A DNA stretch of 64,000 nt from Candidatus Dormiibacterota bacterium (GTDB lineage: Bacteria > Chloroflexota > Dormibacteria > CF-121): contig DASWBA010000116.1 of the NCBI GenBank assembly GCA_036390825.1, positions 37,442 to 101,441 on the forward strand. The letters run 5' to 3'. How positions within the stretch are numbered: position 1 is the stretch's first letter; each line of letters begins with the position of its first letter. The translations under genes and the position numbers were made by a program. The notes beneath the pieces were generated by a model. The model searched no databases. It saw nothing but the letters and a program-made list of their open reading frames with translations, and was not told the DNA's origin. Below are positions 1-9,298 of the stretch, piece after piece.

Positions 1-198
1 CACGTGTCCGCCGTGGGGGCCACGGGTCGATTGCACCAGGCCGGCGCGGCGCAGCGTCATCAGCACCTGGTCGAGGAAGGGCCCGGGGATGACCTGCCGG
101 CGCGCGATCTCGCCGCTTTGCAGGGCTCCTCGCCCAGCGTTGGCCGCCAGTTCCACGATGGCCCTGACTCCATACTCCGTCTTCATCGACAGGCGCAT
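1..198 (-). CDS. Rrf2 family transcriptional regulator (C-terminal part cut by window edge)
   Basis: Minus-strand ATG at 198-196 opens MRLSMKTEYGVRAIVELAANAGRGALQSGEIARRQVIPGPFLDQVLMTLRRAGLVQSTRGPHGGHV, a typical Rrf2/IscR-type wHTH N-terminus. The frame stays open to position 1. It is absent from the ORF track because no stop lies in the window. Confidence 0.75.
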   Translation of the reverse strand, partial: MRLSMKTEYGVRAIVELAANAGRGALQSGEIARRQVIPGPFLDQVLMTLRRAGLVQSTRGPHGGHV

Positions 199-250
199 TC
201 GCACTCGGCTCCCCTCAATAGTTGATCGGACCAGTCAAGTATAGGAGATT

Positions 251-703
251 TCAGAGGGAGATTCGGAGCGCCAGCACGACGAACAGCAGACCAAGGACGA
301 CGAGTGGCACCGTGGTCGCGATCAGGCTCAAGCTGCGTAACCCGATGGCGCGTCGTTCCTCATTCGAGGAGCGCACCCGGTTACGCAGCACAAAGCCCTC
401 GAAGGCGAGCAGCAATGACGACCCGCCGAGACCGAGCGCCACCATGACGATCGCCCAGATCGTGCTCGGCGTCCCCTCCGTCTGCGAGAAGGCGTTGAAA
501 CTGGCGGCCAGCACGCCCACCAGCGCGACCAGCACACCGAGGGGGACGAGCGTGAGGTTGATGAAGCGCATCGACCGACCCGGCTCCGGACGGCGCGAAA
601 ACTGCCAGGCCGAGACCAGGACGAAGGCCATATAGGCCGCGATCACGACGTAGAAAAACAGTGGCGTCAAGACTTCGCCAAAACTCAGGGCCGCAGGGAT
701 CAC
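251..703 (-). CDS. hypothetical integral membrane protein (about 4 TM)
   Basis: 150-aa ORF with several long hydrophobic stretches (LFFYVVIAAYMAFVLVSAW, LVPLGVLVALVGVLAASF, IWAIVMVALGLGGSSLLLAF, TVPLVVLGLLFVVLAL). The opposite-strand ORF 222-635 is low complexity. Confidence 0.5.
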   Translation of the reverse strand: MIPAALSFGEVLTPLFFYVVIAAYMAFVLVSAWQFSRRPEPGRSMRFINLTLVPLGVLVALVGVLAASFNAFSQTEGTPSTIWAIVMVALGLGGSSLLLAFEGFVLRNRVRSSNEERRAIGLRSLSLIATTVPLVVLGLLFVVLALRISL

Positions 704-754
704 GCGATCAATTTAGTCCTCGGCGCCGCCCATCCGGGCGTGAGAGCGCGGGGA

Positions 755-1123
755 CTAATTGAGAATTCGGTAGACGTTGTTGATCACGGCAAAGGTGGTG
801 ATCCAGGCCGCGATCAGGTAGGCGTTCCAGATGGCACTGCTTCGACGCCCGTAGAGCAGCAGAAACACCACCAGCATGCCGACCAGGCCGAGCTTGAGGC
901 CGTAGACGGCCAGCTCTCCGTTGTGGGCGATGATCCATGCGGCCACCCCGTTGAGCTCCTGGCGTCCCTGCGAAAGGCCGATGTGGGTCGTCGTCACGTC
1001 GAGCAGTTGCGCCGTGCAGAACCCGCCGAGGATGAAGGCTTTCTTTCGTGTCGGGACCTCTTTCTTGCCGAAGAATCTCGCCCGTTTGCTGACCGCGCTC
1101 CCCACGTCCCCAATCCCCAGCAT
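755..1123 (-). CDS. small membrane protein (possibly DUF5658-like)
   Basis: 122-aa ORF with 3-4 hydrophobic helices (FILGGFCTAQLLDV, LKLGLVGMLVVFLLLY, AYLIAAWITTFAVINNV). The family assignment is from memory only. Confidence 0.45.
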   Translation of the reverse strand: MLGIGDVGSAVSKRARFFGKKEVPTRKKAFILGGFCTAQLLDVTTTHIGLSQGRQELNGVAAWIIAHNGELAVYGLKLGLVGMLVVFLLLYGRRSSAIWNAYLIAAWITTFAVINNVYRILN

Positions 1124-1267
1124 GGAAAAGACTCTATAGCGGCGTTATCAGAAAAGCAACGTCCAAGCTGGCGCTTTCTGAATTCCGACAGCTTCCCTTC
1201 ATCGAACTGCCCGGATTATATGGGCAGCACTACGACTCGTCTAGGGTCAAGTTTCCCGAGCTTTCGG

Positions 1268-1843
1268 TCAGGCGGCTTTCTTGCTGTTGCCGAGGATCTC
1301 GCGGCGCCGCCCGATGAGATATGGGATCGCGATCACCAGTCCACCGACGACCAGGACCCCTGCGCCGATGCGCAGGTACAGCGTCCAGTCGGAAGGCGGA
1401 TCGAGTGCCGGGTCGTAGAGGGTGCGGGCATTGAGCTTGAAACTGAGCGCGCCCACCGTACCGTTCAGACTCCAGATGCCGACCGTGGTCACCTCGTGGT
1501 TCCAGCGCTGGTCCTCATTGACGGCCGGTAGGCTGGCGCACGGCCAGACGCCGGCCGTCGGCAGATGAACGGGGATGGGCGGACGCGGCGTGGCTGCTTT
1601 CGGTTGAGCGGCGAAACGGAAGGGCTTAGGCGGCTTGCTCATGTCGAAGAGGACGACGTCCTGGCCGGTCTGGTTCTGGAGCAGCAAGTCGCAACCGCCG
1701 GTCGAGCCCTCGATGGTCAGGCCGGGCGTCTTGGGCACGATGGTGTCCACGACCGTCTTGAACGGCTGATCCTCGGCCAAAGCGGTCGCCGAGAAGATCA
1801 GCAGCGCGCCAACCGGGGCGATGACCGCAGCCAGCCGCTTCAC
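1268..1843 (-). CDS. secreted, C-terminally membrane-anchored hypothetical protein
   Basis: N-terminal signal peptide MKRLAAVIAPVGALLIFSATALAEDQ and a C-terminal TM helix (IGAGVLVVGGLVIAIPYLIG) followed by RRRE. No recognisable catalytic motif. Confidence 0.5.
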   Translation of the reverse strand: MKRLAAVIAPVGALLIFSATALAEDQPFKTVVDTIVPKTPGLTIEGSTGGCDLLLQNQTGQDVVLFDMSKPPKPFRFAAQPKAATPRPPIPVHLPTAGVWPCASLPAVNEDQRWNHEVTTVGIWSLNGTVGALSFKLNARTLYDPALDPPSDWTLYLRIGAGVLVVGGLVIAIPYLIGRRREILGNSKKAA

Positions 1844-1926
1844 GAGCCTATAACGCCGATTCGGTCGATGGCTGGCACCGGTCGGCCGGCGGCTCCCCGG
1901 ATAGACTTGGCCCGCAGGAGGGAGAG

Positions 1927-2700
1927 ATGGCCTACGAGTTCGTGCTTACCGAGACCGACGGCGCGGTCGGGATCGTCAGGATTAACCGGCCGCAGGTCCG
2001 CAATGCCCTCAACCCCCAGACGATTGCGGAGCTGGTCGACGCCCTGGAAACATTCGACGGCGACGACGCCATCCGCTGCATGATCCTCACCGGCGACGAT
2101 CGGGCGTTCGCGGCCGGTGCCGACATCACGCAGATGGTGGAGGCCAGTGCGGTCGACGTCCTCAACGACGACAACTTCGCGCGTTGGACGCGCTTTCGAG
2201 CGATCCACAAACCGGTGATCGCCGCCGTCAGCGGCTACGCCCTCGGCGGCGGTTGCGAGCTGGTCCTGATGTGCGACCTGGTGGTGGCGTCCGAGACCGC
2301 CCAGTTTGGCCAGCCGGAGGTGAAGATCGGGATCATCCCAGGGGCGGGCGGCACCCAGCGCTGGGCACGGTCGGCGGGAAAAGTCCGCGCCATGGAGGCG
2401 GTGTTGACCGGTGAGCCGGTGAACGCACTGGAGGCGGAACGGCTCGGCCTGGTGAACCGCGTCGTTCCGGCCGGGACCCACCTGGACGAGGCGCTCCGGC
2501 TGGCGAAGCTGATCGCGCAGCGCCCGCCGCTGGCCGTGCGCCTTGGAAAGGAGGCCGTCAATCATGCGATGGAGGTCGGCCTCACCGCCGGCCTCGACTT
2601 CGAGCGCAAGCTGTTCTACCTTTTGTTCGCCTCCGATGACAAGCGCGAGGGGATGCGCGCCTTCCTGGAGAAACGGCCCGGTCGGTTCACCGGTCGATGA
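1927..2700 (+). CDS. enoyl-CoA hydratase (crotonase family)
   Basis: 257 aa with crotonase hallmarks: VRINRPQVRNALN, ILTGDDRAFAAGADI, AAVSGYALGGGCELVLMCD, GQPEVKIGIIPGAGGTQR. Confidence 0.9.
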   Translation: MAYEFVLTETDGAVGIVRINRPQVRNALNPQTIAELVDALETFDGDDAIRCMILTGDDRAFAAGADITQMVEASAVDVLNDDNFARWTRFRAIHKPVIAAVSGYALGGGCELVLMCDLVVASETAQFGQPEVKIGIIPGAGGTQRWARSAGKVRAMEAVLTGEPVNALEAERLGLVNRVVPAGTHLDEALRLAKLIAQRPPLAVRLGKEAVNHAMEVGLTAGLDFERKLFYLLFASDDKREGMRAFLEKRPGRFTGR

Positions 2701-3500
2701 GCGAGGTCCTTCGCAGCGCCGTCGACGCCGGCGTCCTGACGCTCACGCTGGACCGGCCCGAGGCGCTCAACGCCCTCAATCGCGAAATGACGAGCGCGCT
2801 CCGCGACGGCATCGAGGCGGCGGCCGGCGATAGCGGCGTGAAGGTGGTGATCATCACCGGGTCCGGCCGCGCGTTTTGCGCCGGAGCCGACCTCAAGGAC
2901 GTCGTCGCCCGACGCGAGGCAGGCGAACGCGATCTCGGTGACGACCTGCGCACCAACTACACGCCGATGATTCGCGCCATCCGAGCCTGTCCCAAGCCGG
3001 TCATCGCGGCCATCAACGGAACGGCGGCCGGCGCCGGCCTCAGCCTTGCGCTGGCCTGCGACCTGCGGGTCGCGGCCGCCGGCGCTCCCTTGATCGTGGT
3101 CTTCGTTCGCGTCGGCCTGGTCCCCGATGCTGGCAGCCTCTTCTTCCTCACGCGGATGCTGGGACTGAGCAAGGCGACCGAGCTTGCGATGTCAGGCGAT
3201 CCGCTGACGGCGGAGGACGCCCACCGGCTCGGCCTGGTGGCGGCGGTCGTTCCGCCGGAGCAGCTGATGGTGTCGGCGATGGAACGCGCCCGGCGCCTCG
3301 CCGATGGACCGCGCCAAACGTACGCCTTGATCAAGCACGGTCTGGAACGCGCGCTCGACCTCGACCTGGAGCAGGCGATGGAGCTCGAGGCACAGTTGCA
3401 GTCGCTGGCGGCGGCAACGCCCGACGCCAGAGAGGCGATGCACGCATTCCTCGAGAAGCGAAAGCCGCAGTTCGGCGGCGGCGGAGGGGTGGGGCTCTAA
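2697..3500 (+). CDS. enoyl-CoA hydratase/isomerase family protein
   Basis: 267 aa: LTLDRPEALNALN, IITGSGRAFCAGADL, AAINGTAAGAGLSLALACD. ATGA overlap with the upstream crotonase gene (2697-2700). Confidence 0.85.
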   Translation: MSEVLRSAVDAGVLTLTLDRPEALNALNREMTSALRDGIEAAAGDSGVKVVIITGSGRAFCAGADLKDVVARREAGERDLGDDLRTNYTPMIRAIRACPKPVIAAINGTAAGAGLSLALACDLRVAAAGAPLIVVFVRVGLVPDAGSLFFLTRMLGLSKATELAMSGDPLTAEDAHRLGLVAAVVPPEQLMVSAMERARRLADGPRQTYALIKHGLERALDLDLEQAMELEAQLQSLAAATPDAREAMHAFLEKRKPQFGGGGGVGL

Positions 3501-3507
3501 TAAAGAA

Positions 3508-3533
3508 AGAGCGGCGGTGTTACCCGCCGCTCT
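3508..3533. terminator. bidirectional hairpin terminator between convergent genes
   Basis: Perfect 10-bp stem agagcggcgg / ccgccgctct with loop tgttac. On the minus strand it is followed by a T-rich run (ttctttatta), which suits termination of the mgtC-like gene. Confidence 0.6.
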
Positions 3534-3590
3534 CACCTAAATCAACTAATGCCATGGGCACCACCTCCCAGTTCTTAGATCGAAATTGTA

Positions 3591-4250
3591 TCAATTCCCG
3601 GCACGAACGCGGTCCTCGATGAGGTCGCGGGAGATGAGGACCTGGCGCGCCCCCTGCAGGGTTCGCAGCTGACGCAGCAACTCGGCGGTCGTCCGGTTGG
3701 CGGGCAGGCCGACATCGACCTCGAGCCGATCGTCGGTTTCGGTGAGTTCGTGAATTCGGATCGCGAGCGGAAAGGCGCCGATCACGCCCAGCGCGGTCCG
3801 TAGCTCCTCGATCTCACCATCGCGGCGTGGAACGATGATGCTGACCTGGGCCTCGCTTGGTCGCTTGAAGAAGCGTTTTTCGATCGGCTTCAGCACCATC
3901 AGCACGCCCAGGATCAGGAGCGTCGTGAAGCCGGCCTCGAAGTATCGAGCGGTGCCGGCCGCCATGCCGATGGCCGCCACCGTCCAGATGGTCGCGGCGG
4001 TGGTCAGCCCTCGCACCAGGTCCTTGCGAAGAAAGATCGTCCCGGCGCCTAAGAAACCGATGCCGGTGACGATCTGGGCAGCCACCCGTGATGGGTCGGT
4101 GTTGGAGAAGCCGTAGGCGCCGATGATCGTGAAGAGGCAGGATCCGAGCGACACCATGGTCACGGTCCGTAGCCCCGCTGCCCGCTCCTGCCGCTCCCGC
4201 TCCAGGCCGACGATGGCGCCGAGAGCCAGCGCCACCAGCAGGCGCAGCAT
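3591..4250 (-). CDS. MgtC/SapB family membrane protein
   Basis: MLRLLVALALGAIVGLERERQERAAGLRT...AAQIVTGIGFLGAGTIF is the MgtC signature. The track ORF (to 4517) is over-extended through an Arg/Gly-rich stretch that also overlaps the next gene, so I chose the ATG at 4250. Confidence 0.8.
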   Translation of the reverse strand: MLRLLVALALGAIVGLERERQERAAGLRTVTMVSLGSCLFTIIGAYGFSNTDPSRVAAQIVTGIGFLGAGTIFLRKDLVRGLTTAATIWTVAAIGMAAGTARYFEAGFTTLLILGVLMVLKPIEKRFFKRPSEAQVSIIVPRRDGEIEELRTALGVIGAFPLAIRIHELTETDDRLEVDVGLPANRTTAELLRQLRTLQGARQVLISRDLIEDRVRAGN

Positions 4251-4315
4251 GAGATCGGCGACATTCGGCACGGCGCTATGGTACTGCCGCGCGCCCGCTG
4301 GTGACGGAAGAGGTC

Positions 4316-4696
4316 TTAGGCGGCGCTGAAGAGCGTGTTGTCGTAGCCCTGGACGTCGGCGTCGGGAGAGGGGCCGTGACGTTCGGTGAAGAGCGCCTCC
4401 TCGACCGCGAACAGCGCGTCCATCAGCTTGGAGATCCCGACCTTTACCTTGATGTTGGCCAGGTCTTCGGCGAGCGACTGCACGGGGCCCACCAGCCGAA
4501 GGATCTCCTCCAGGCACGGCTCGTACGACATCGGAACCCGCTTGAAGCCTTTCAGGTTGAGCTCCTCGAGTTCCTGCAGCAACCGATCGATCAACTGCAC
4601 CGGTCGGCGAACCCGATCTTGCCGTGCCTTGAGGTCCTTGGACTGGCGCTCGGCATCGCGAATGTAGGCGTTGGTCTGGGCAAGCAATCCTGTCAT
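4316..4696 (-). CDS. hypothetical helical protein
   Basis: 126-aa ORF with balanced composition and heptad-like helical character (DRLLQELEELNLKGFKRV, ISKLMDALFAVEEALF). No motif recognised. Confidence 0.45.
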   Translation of the reverse strand: MTGLLAQTNAYIRDAERQSKDLKARQDRVRRPVQLIDRLLQELEELNLKGFKRVPMSYEPCLEEILRLVGPVQSLAEDLANIKVKVGISKLMDALFAVEEALFTERHGPSPDADVQGYDNTLFSAA

Positions 4697-4828
4697 CGAA
4701 GACCCCTCATTCGATAGCGCTGAAAATACACGTCAAATTCGCAAACCGAATCCGCCAGGGGTTTATTCCCGGTAGCCCGAACCAACCTGAGGGCGGGGTC
4801 CAGGAGGCGGCCGTAGACTTTCGGTGAC

Positions 4829-6709
4829 ATGCCGATGCTACGCGTCGACCGGCTGGCCATCGTGTACGGCGCCACCGAGGTGGTGCGCGACCTGAGCTTC
4901 CAGGTCGAGCCCCGGCAGCGGCTCGGGATCGTGGGCGCCAACGGGAGTGGCAAGTCCAGCCTGCTGAAGACGATCTCGGGAGAAATCATCCCTACGCGGG
5001 GCACGCTGACACTGGCGCCGCGCGCCAAGACCGCCTACCTGGCCCAGGAGATCGAGGCGAGCCCGCATGAGAGTGTCTACGAGGACGCGCTACACAGCCG
5101 GCCCGACATCATCGGTCTTCGCACCCGGCTCGCCGAGCTCGAGACCGCCATGGCCGGCGGCACGGGCGCCGAGCTGACGATGCTCGTCGAGAACTATGGC
5201 GACGTCCAGCACGAGTACGAGCGTCTCGACGGCTACGCCTACGACAACCGGGTCGCTGAGGTGCTCCATGGGGTTGGTCTCACCGAGGCGGACCAGGCGC
5301 TGCCGCCGAGTGCGCTCAGCGGCGGACAGCGCCGCCGCCTGGCGCTGGCCCGCCTGCTCCTCCAGGATGCCGACCTGCTGCTGCTGGACGAGCCGACCAA
5401 CCACCTCGACCTCGAGGCGATCGAGTGGCTGGAGGAATTCCTTCGGCTCTCCCGCGCCGGCATGCTGATCGTCTCGCACGACCGACGTTTTCTCGAGCAC
5501 ACCGCCGACGACATCCTCGAGCTACAGGCCGGATTCGGCGAGTGGTACCCGGGCAATTACCGCCAGTACCTGCGGCTGCGCCGCGAGCGGCGGGCGGTCC
5601 GGCAGAAGGAGTACGACGCCCAACAGGATTACATCGCCCGGACCGAGGAGTTCATCCGTCGCTACAAGGCCGGGCAACGGGCTCGCGAGGCGCGTGGCCG
5701 GCAGACGAAGCTCGACCGTCTCGACCGGGTCGTACCACCGTCGGATGACCAGCAGATCAGAATCCGCTTGCGGGCCTCGAGCACCAGCGACCTGATCTTT
5801 CAGAGCGACGGACTGACGCTCTCATACCCATCTCCTGCTGGCTCCGCCTGGCAGCTCGCCATGCCCGCCTTCACCATCAACGCCGGAGAACGGGTCGCCA
5901 TCGTCGGGCCCAATGGCTCCGGCAAGACGAGCCTGCTCAAGGCGCTACTGGGCGAGCTTCGCCCGCTCAAAGGCCGGGTGAAAACCGGGCCGCGGGTCAC
6001 GATGCGCTATTACGACCAGCACCTGGCCGACCTCGATCCAAACAAGACGGTCCTGACCGAGCTGCAGGACGCCTTCGGCCTGCCCGAGGAAACGTTGCGC
6101 ACCTTCCTTGGCCGCTTGCTGTTCAGGGGCGAGGACGCCTTCAAGTTGATCCGGTCCTTGAGCGGGGGCGAGAAGAGCCGCGTGGCGCTGGCCAAGCTGA
6201 TGCTCGACGACGCCGGGCTGCTGCTGCTGGACGAGCCCACCAACCATCTCGACATCCCGGCCCAGGAAATGCTCGAGGAAGCGCTGCAGGACTTCGAGGG
6301 CACCATCGTCTTCGTCTCGCATGACCGCTACTTCATCGATGCCATCGCCACCCGGCTGTGGGTGGTCGATCAGGGCCACGTCACGACGCACCTCGGCAAC
6401 TACACCGACCTGGAGCGATCGCGCCAGCGGGCGGGCCGGCTGGTGATGGCGGCCGAGCCCGAGCCCACGCCTCGACGCGAGCGGCGCCGAGAGGTTGGCG
6501 CCCCGGCCGGTACGGTTGTGCCTGGCGCCGGCGTCGAGCAGCAAATCGGTGAGCTCGAGGCGGAAATCCGGCGCCTCGAGGAACAGCTCGCCGACCACCA
6601 AACCTACGACGACCCGCCGCGGGTGGCACAGCTTGCGAAGGCGCACGAGGATGCCTCCCGGCGGCTTCGAGCCCTCTACCAGGAATGGGAGCAAGCCGCC
6701 GGCGAATAG
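4829..6709 (+). CDS. ABC-F family ATPase (two ABC domains, no TMD)
   Basis: 626 aa with two Walker A sites (GANGSGKSS, GPNGSGKTS), two signature motifs (LSGGQRRR, LSGGEKSR), two Walker B sites (LLLLDEPTNHLD twice), an inter-domain linker and a C-terminal coiled coil. Confidence 0.9.
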   Translation: MPMLRVDRLAIVYGATEVVRDLSFQVEPRQRLGIVGANGSGKSSLLKTISGEIIPTRGTLTLAPRAKTAYLAQEIEASPHESVYEDALHSRPDIIGLRTRLAELETAMAGGTGAELTMLVENYGDVQHEYERLDGYAYDNRVAEVLHGVGLTEADQALPPSALSGGQRRRLALARLLLQDADLLLLDEPTNHLDLEAIEWLEEFLRLSRAGMLIVSHDRRFLEHTADDILELQAGFGEWYPGNYRQYLRLRRERRAVRQKEYDAQQDYIARTEEFIRRYKAGQRAREARGRQTKLDRLDRVVPPSDDQQIRIRLRASSTSDLIFQSDGLTLSYPSPAGSAWQLAMPAFTINAGERVAIVGPNGSGKTSLLKALLGELRPLKGRVKTGPRVTMRYYDQHLADLDPNKTVLTELQDAFGLPEETLRTFLGRLLFRGEDAFKLIRSLSGGEKSRVALAKLMLDDAGLLLLDEPTNHLDIPAQEMLEEALQDFEGTIVFVSHDRYFIDAIATRLWVVDQGHVTTHLGNYTDLERSRQRAGRLVMAAEPEPTPRRERRREVGAPAGTVVPGAGVEQQIGELEAEIRRLEEQLADHQTYDDPPRVAQLAKAHEDASRRLRALYQEWEQAAGE

Positions 6710-7413
6710 ACCGGCGCCTGAGCGCGTCGGCCGCGCCGCTTGGCCCGGTGGCGAGCAACGACCACCCATGGCTCATCCCCGCGGTGTCCATCGCCTACGC
6801 GGCGGCGCTCGCCGCCGCTGTGCTGGCGGTCGACCAGCTGGCCGAGTACATGCCGGGAGCGTGGGTCGACGTCCTGGGCGCCGCGCTGCTCCTCTTGTCC
6901 GTGATGACGATCGTGCTCTGGCTGCGTGCCGCCTGGCGCCGGCGGCGCGAACGATTGGGCCGCCGGGCGCTGCTCTGGGCGGGTGGCGCCATCGGGCCCG
7001 CGGTGCTGGCCGTGTTCTCCGTCCTGGTGCTGGTTCAGAACGCGCAGATCGCGTCCGAGATCAGCGGCGCTGATGTTCACCTCACCCGCCCGCTGATCGA
7101 ATCCCTGCCTCGGCCACCCGGCACCAGGCTGCTCGACCAGCGGCCCGGTCTCGCCGACACCGAGAGCATCTCCGACGACTTCAGCGCCCAGGACCTGAGC
7201 AGCATCCTTCCCTTCTACGAGGCCCAGCTGGCGAAGGACGCCTGGGTCGAGGACAAGGCGTCGGCGACGACGTCGATCGTCTGGTTCACCAAGGGCACCT
7301 ATCTGCTGTCGGTGGCGATCGACGCCCCATCGAGCAGCTACACGCTGACCGTCGACCGCATCAATCCGGACCTGCTGGGTTCACCCTCTCCTTCGGTCAG
7401 CCCCAGCCCCTGA
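6685..7413 (+). CDS. hypothetical membrane protein with extracytoplasmic C-terminal domain
   Basis: Three TM-like helices followed by a soluble domain and a PSPS tail. The start is uncertain (GTG at 6748 is also possible) because the listed start overlaps the ABC-F end by 25 nt. Confidence 0.5.
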   Translation: MGASRRRIDRRLSASAAPLGPVASNDHPWLIPAVSIAYAAALAAAVLAVDQLAEYMPGAWVDVLGAALLLLSVMTIVLWLRAAWRRRRERLGRRALLWAGGAIGPAVLAVFSVLVLVQNAQIASEISGADVHLTRPLIESLPRPPGTRLLDQRPGLADTESISDDFSAQDLSSILPFYEAQLAKDAWVEDKASATTSIVWFTKGTYLLSVAIDAPSSSYTLTVDRINPDLLGSPSPSVSPSP

Positions 7414-7537
7414 CGCCATTGGGCGGGGCGCACAAAAAGGGGGGCCCCAACTCGTCGTCCCGGACCGATGACGCGGCCGGTCGCCGTCTCTAGGATCGAG
7501 CCAGTCGGATCACTGCGTTCACGGAGGGAAACTCTTT

Positions 7538-8995
7538 ATGGCGATTGATCAGGGCGTGCGCTCGAAAAAGGAAACCCGGGCGGATGCCCAGTCCGTCATC
7601 GATCTCGCCCACAAGCAAGGGTTGAAGATCGTCGACCTCAAGTTCATCGACTTGATCGGGACCTGGCAGCATTTCTCGATTCCAGTCCAGGAGCTGTCCA
7701 AGGACCTGTTCAGCGAGGGCATCGGCTTTGACGGTTCGAGCATTCGCGGCTTTCAGCACATCCACGAGAGTGACATGCTGTTGATCCCGGATCCGTCGAC
7801 GGCGAAGGTCGACCCGGTCCTGAAGGTACCGACGCTGACCATCAACTGCGACGTGATCGACCCGATTACCCGCGAGCCCTATTCGCGCGACCCGCGCTAC
7901 GTCGGAAAGAAGGCGGAGGCCTTCCTGCTGTCGACCGGTATCGCCGACACCAGCTTCTTCGGCCCGGAATGTGAGTTCTACATCTTCAACAGCATGCGGT
8001 TCGACCAGAACCAGTTCTCCGGCATGTATGAGATCGATTCGGTCGAAGGCGTCTGGAACTCGGGCAAGAATTCCGAGCCGAACCAGGCCTACCGGCCGCG
8101 CTACAAGGAAGGCTATTTCCCGGTACCGCCGACCGACAAGCTGCAGGACCTTCGTTCCCAGATCGTCCTCAAGCTGATCGAGGCGGGCGTCGACGTCGAG
8201 GTCCACCACCACGAGGTCGGCACCGCCGGCCAGACCGAGATCGACATGCGCTACGACACGCTGGTCAACATGGCGGACAAAGTCATGATGTACAAGTACG
8301 TCGTCAAGAACGTCTGTGCCCAGAACGGCTTCGTGGCGACCTTCATGCCCAAGCCGCTGTTCATGGACAACGGGTCAGGCATGCACACTCACCAGAGCCT
8401 CTGGAAAGACGGCATGCCCTTGTTTTATGACAAGGCCGGCTATGCGGGCATCAGCGACATGTGCCGCTGGTACATCGGCGGCCTGCTCAAGCACGCGCCG
8501 TCGCTGCTCGCCTTTGCCGCGCCGACGACCAACTCGTACCGCCGGCTGGTACCTGGATACGAAGCCCCGATCAACCTCATCTATTCCAAGCGCAACCGCA
8601 GCGCCTGTGTCCGCATCCCGATGTATTTCGACAACCCCAGGGCGAAGCGGCTCGAGTTCCGGACGCCCGACCCATCGTGCAACCCGTACCTGTCGTTTGC
8701 CGCCTGCCTGATGGCCGGGCTGGACGGCGTCATCAACAGGATCGAGCCGCCCAAGCCGATCGACGAAGACCTCTACGAGCTCGATCCCGAGATGAAGCGG
8801 CAGGTGAAGAGCACACCGGGGTCGCTTACGGAAGTGCTCGACGCGCTCGAGATCGACAACGACTACCTGACCCGCGGTGGGGTATTCACCGAGGATCTGA
8901 TCGAAACCTGGATCGACTACAAGCGCGTGCGCGAGGTCGATCAGGTGGCGCTCCGGCCGCATCCGTGGGAGTTCTACCTCTACCACGACATCTAG
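7538..8995 (+). CDS. glnA: glutamine synthetase, type I
   Basis: 485 aa: KIVDLKFIDLIGTWQHF, FDGSSIRGF, MPKPLFMDNGSGMHTHQSLW, NSYRRLVPGYEAP, RIEFRTPDPSCNPYL-type motifs. SD ggaggg lies 8 nt upstream of the ATG. Confidence 0.95.
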   Translation: MAIDQGVRSKKETRADAQSVIDLAHKQGLKIVDLKFIDLIGTWQHFSIPVQELSKDLFSEGIGFDGSSIRGFQHIHESDMLLIPDPSTAKVDPVLKVPTLTINCDVIDPITREPYSRDPRYVGKKAEAFLLSTGIADTSFFGPECEFYIFNSMRFDQNQFSGMYEIDSVEGVWNSGKNSEPNQAYRPRYKEGYFPVPPTDKLQDLRSQIVLKLIEAGVDVEVHHHEVGTAGQTEIDMRYDTLVNMADKVMMYKYVVKNVCAQNGFVATFMPKPLFMDNGSGMHTHQSLWKDGMPLFYDKAGYAGISDMCRWYIGGLLKHAPSLLAFAAPTTNSYRRLVPGYEAPINLIYSKRNRSACVRIPMYFDNPRAKRLEFRTPDPSCNPYLSFAACLMAGLDGVINRIEPPKPIDEDLYELDPEMKRQVKSTPGSLTEVLDALEIDNDYLTRGGVFTEDLIETWIDYKRVREVDQVALRPHPWEFYLYHDI

Positions 8996-9027
8996 TTCGC
9001 GTCGCTGAATCCGTTCGTCCGACCGTG

Positions 9028-9061
9028 AGGCGGTTGCCACTCGCCCTGGCAACCGCCTTTA
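9028..9061 (+). terminator. intrinsic terminator after glnA
   Basis: 11-bp stem aggcggttgcc / ggcaaccgcct with loop actcgccct, followed by ttta. Confidence 0.6.
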
Positions 9062-9298
9062 TCGACCATTAGAAGAGGAGCAACGTCATGGAGCAACCGG
9101 CAGAGAGAGACAAGCCCTGGCGACCCGGCGACCACCCGCGTCCCGGCCCATCGTGGGGCGAGGACGATCGCCCGCGAACGGCCGTACCGACGGAGGTCCC
9201 CGACGGCGAAGACTGACGCGGCCGCGAGCCGTACCACATCGCTGACCGTCGAGCGCGCGCTGGAGCGGCTGTCCGAGCGCGGCATCCGCTTCCTCGAC

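Noticed and set aside
7414-7537. Possible glutamine riboswitch or other leader RNA upstream of glnA (contains cgttcacgg)
   Set aside because: Only a short resemblance to the glnA-RNA core. I could not find the paired GGAAGUA-type element or a convincing three-stem fold, so there is not enough evidence without a covariance-model search.
9205-9220. RF2-style programmed +1 frameshift at the uORF stop (GAC TGA C) joining the uORF to the GS frame
   Set aside because: The P-site codon GAC cannot re-pair in the +1 frame (ACU), and no SD-like stimulator sits at the right distance. An indel or alternative initiation is more parsimonious.
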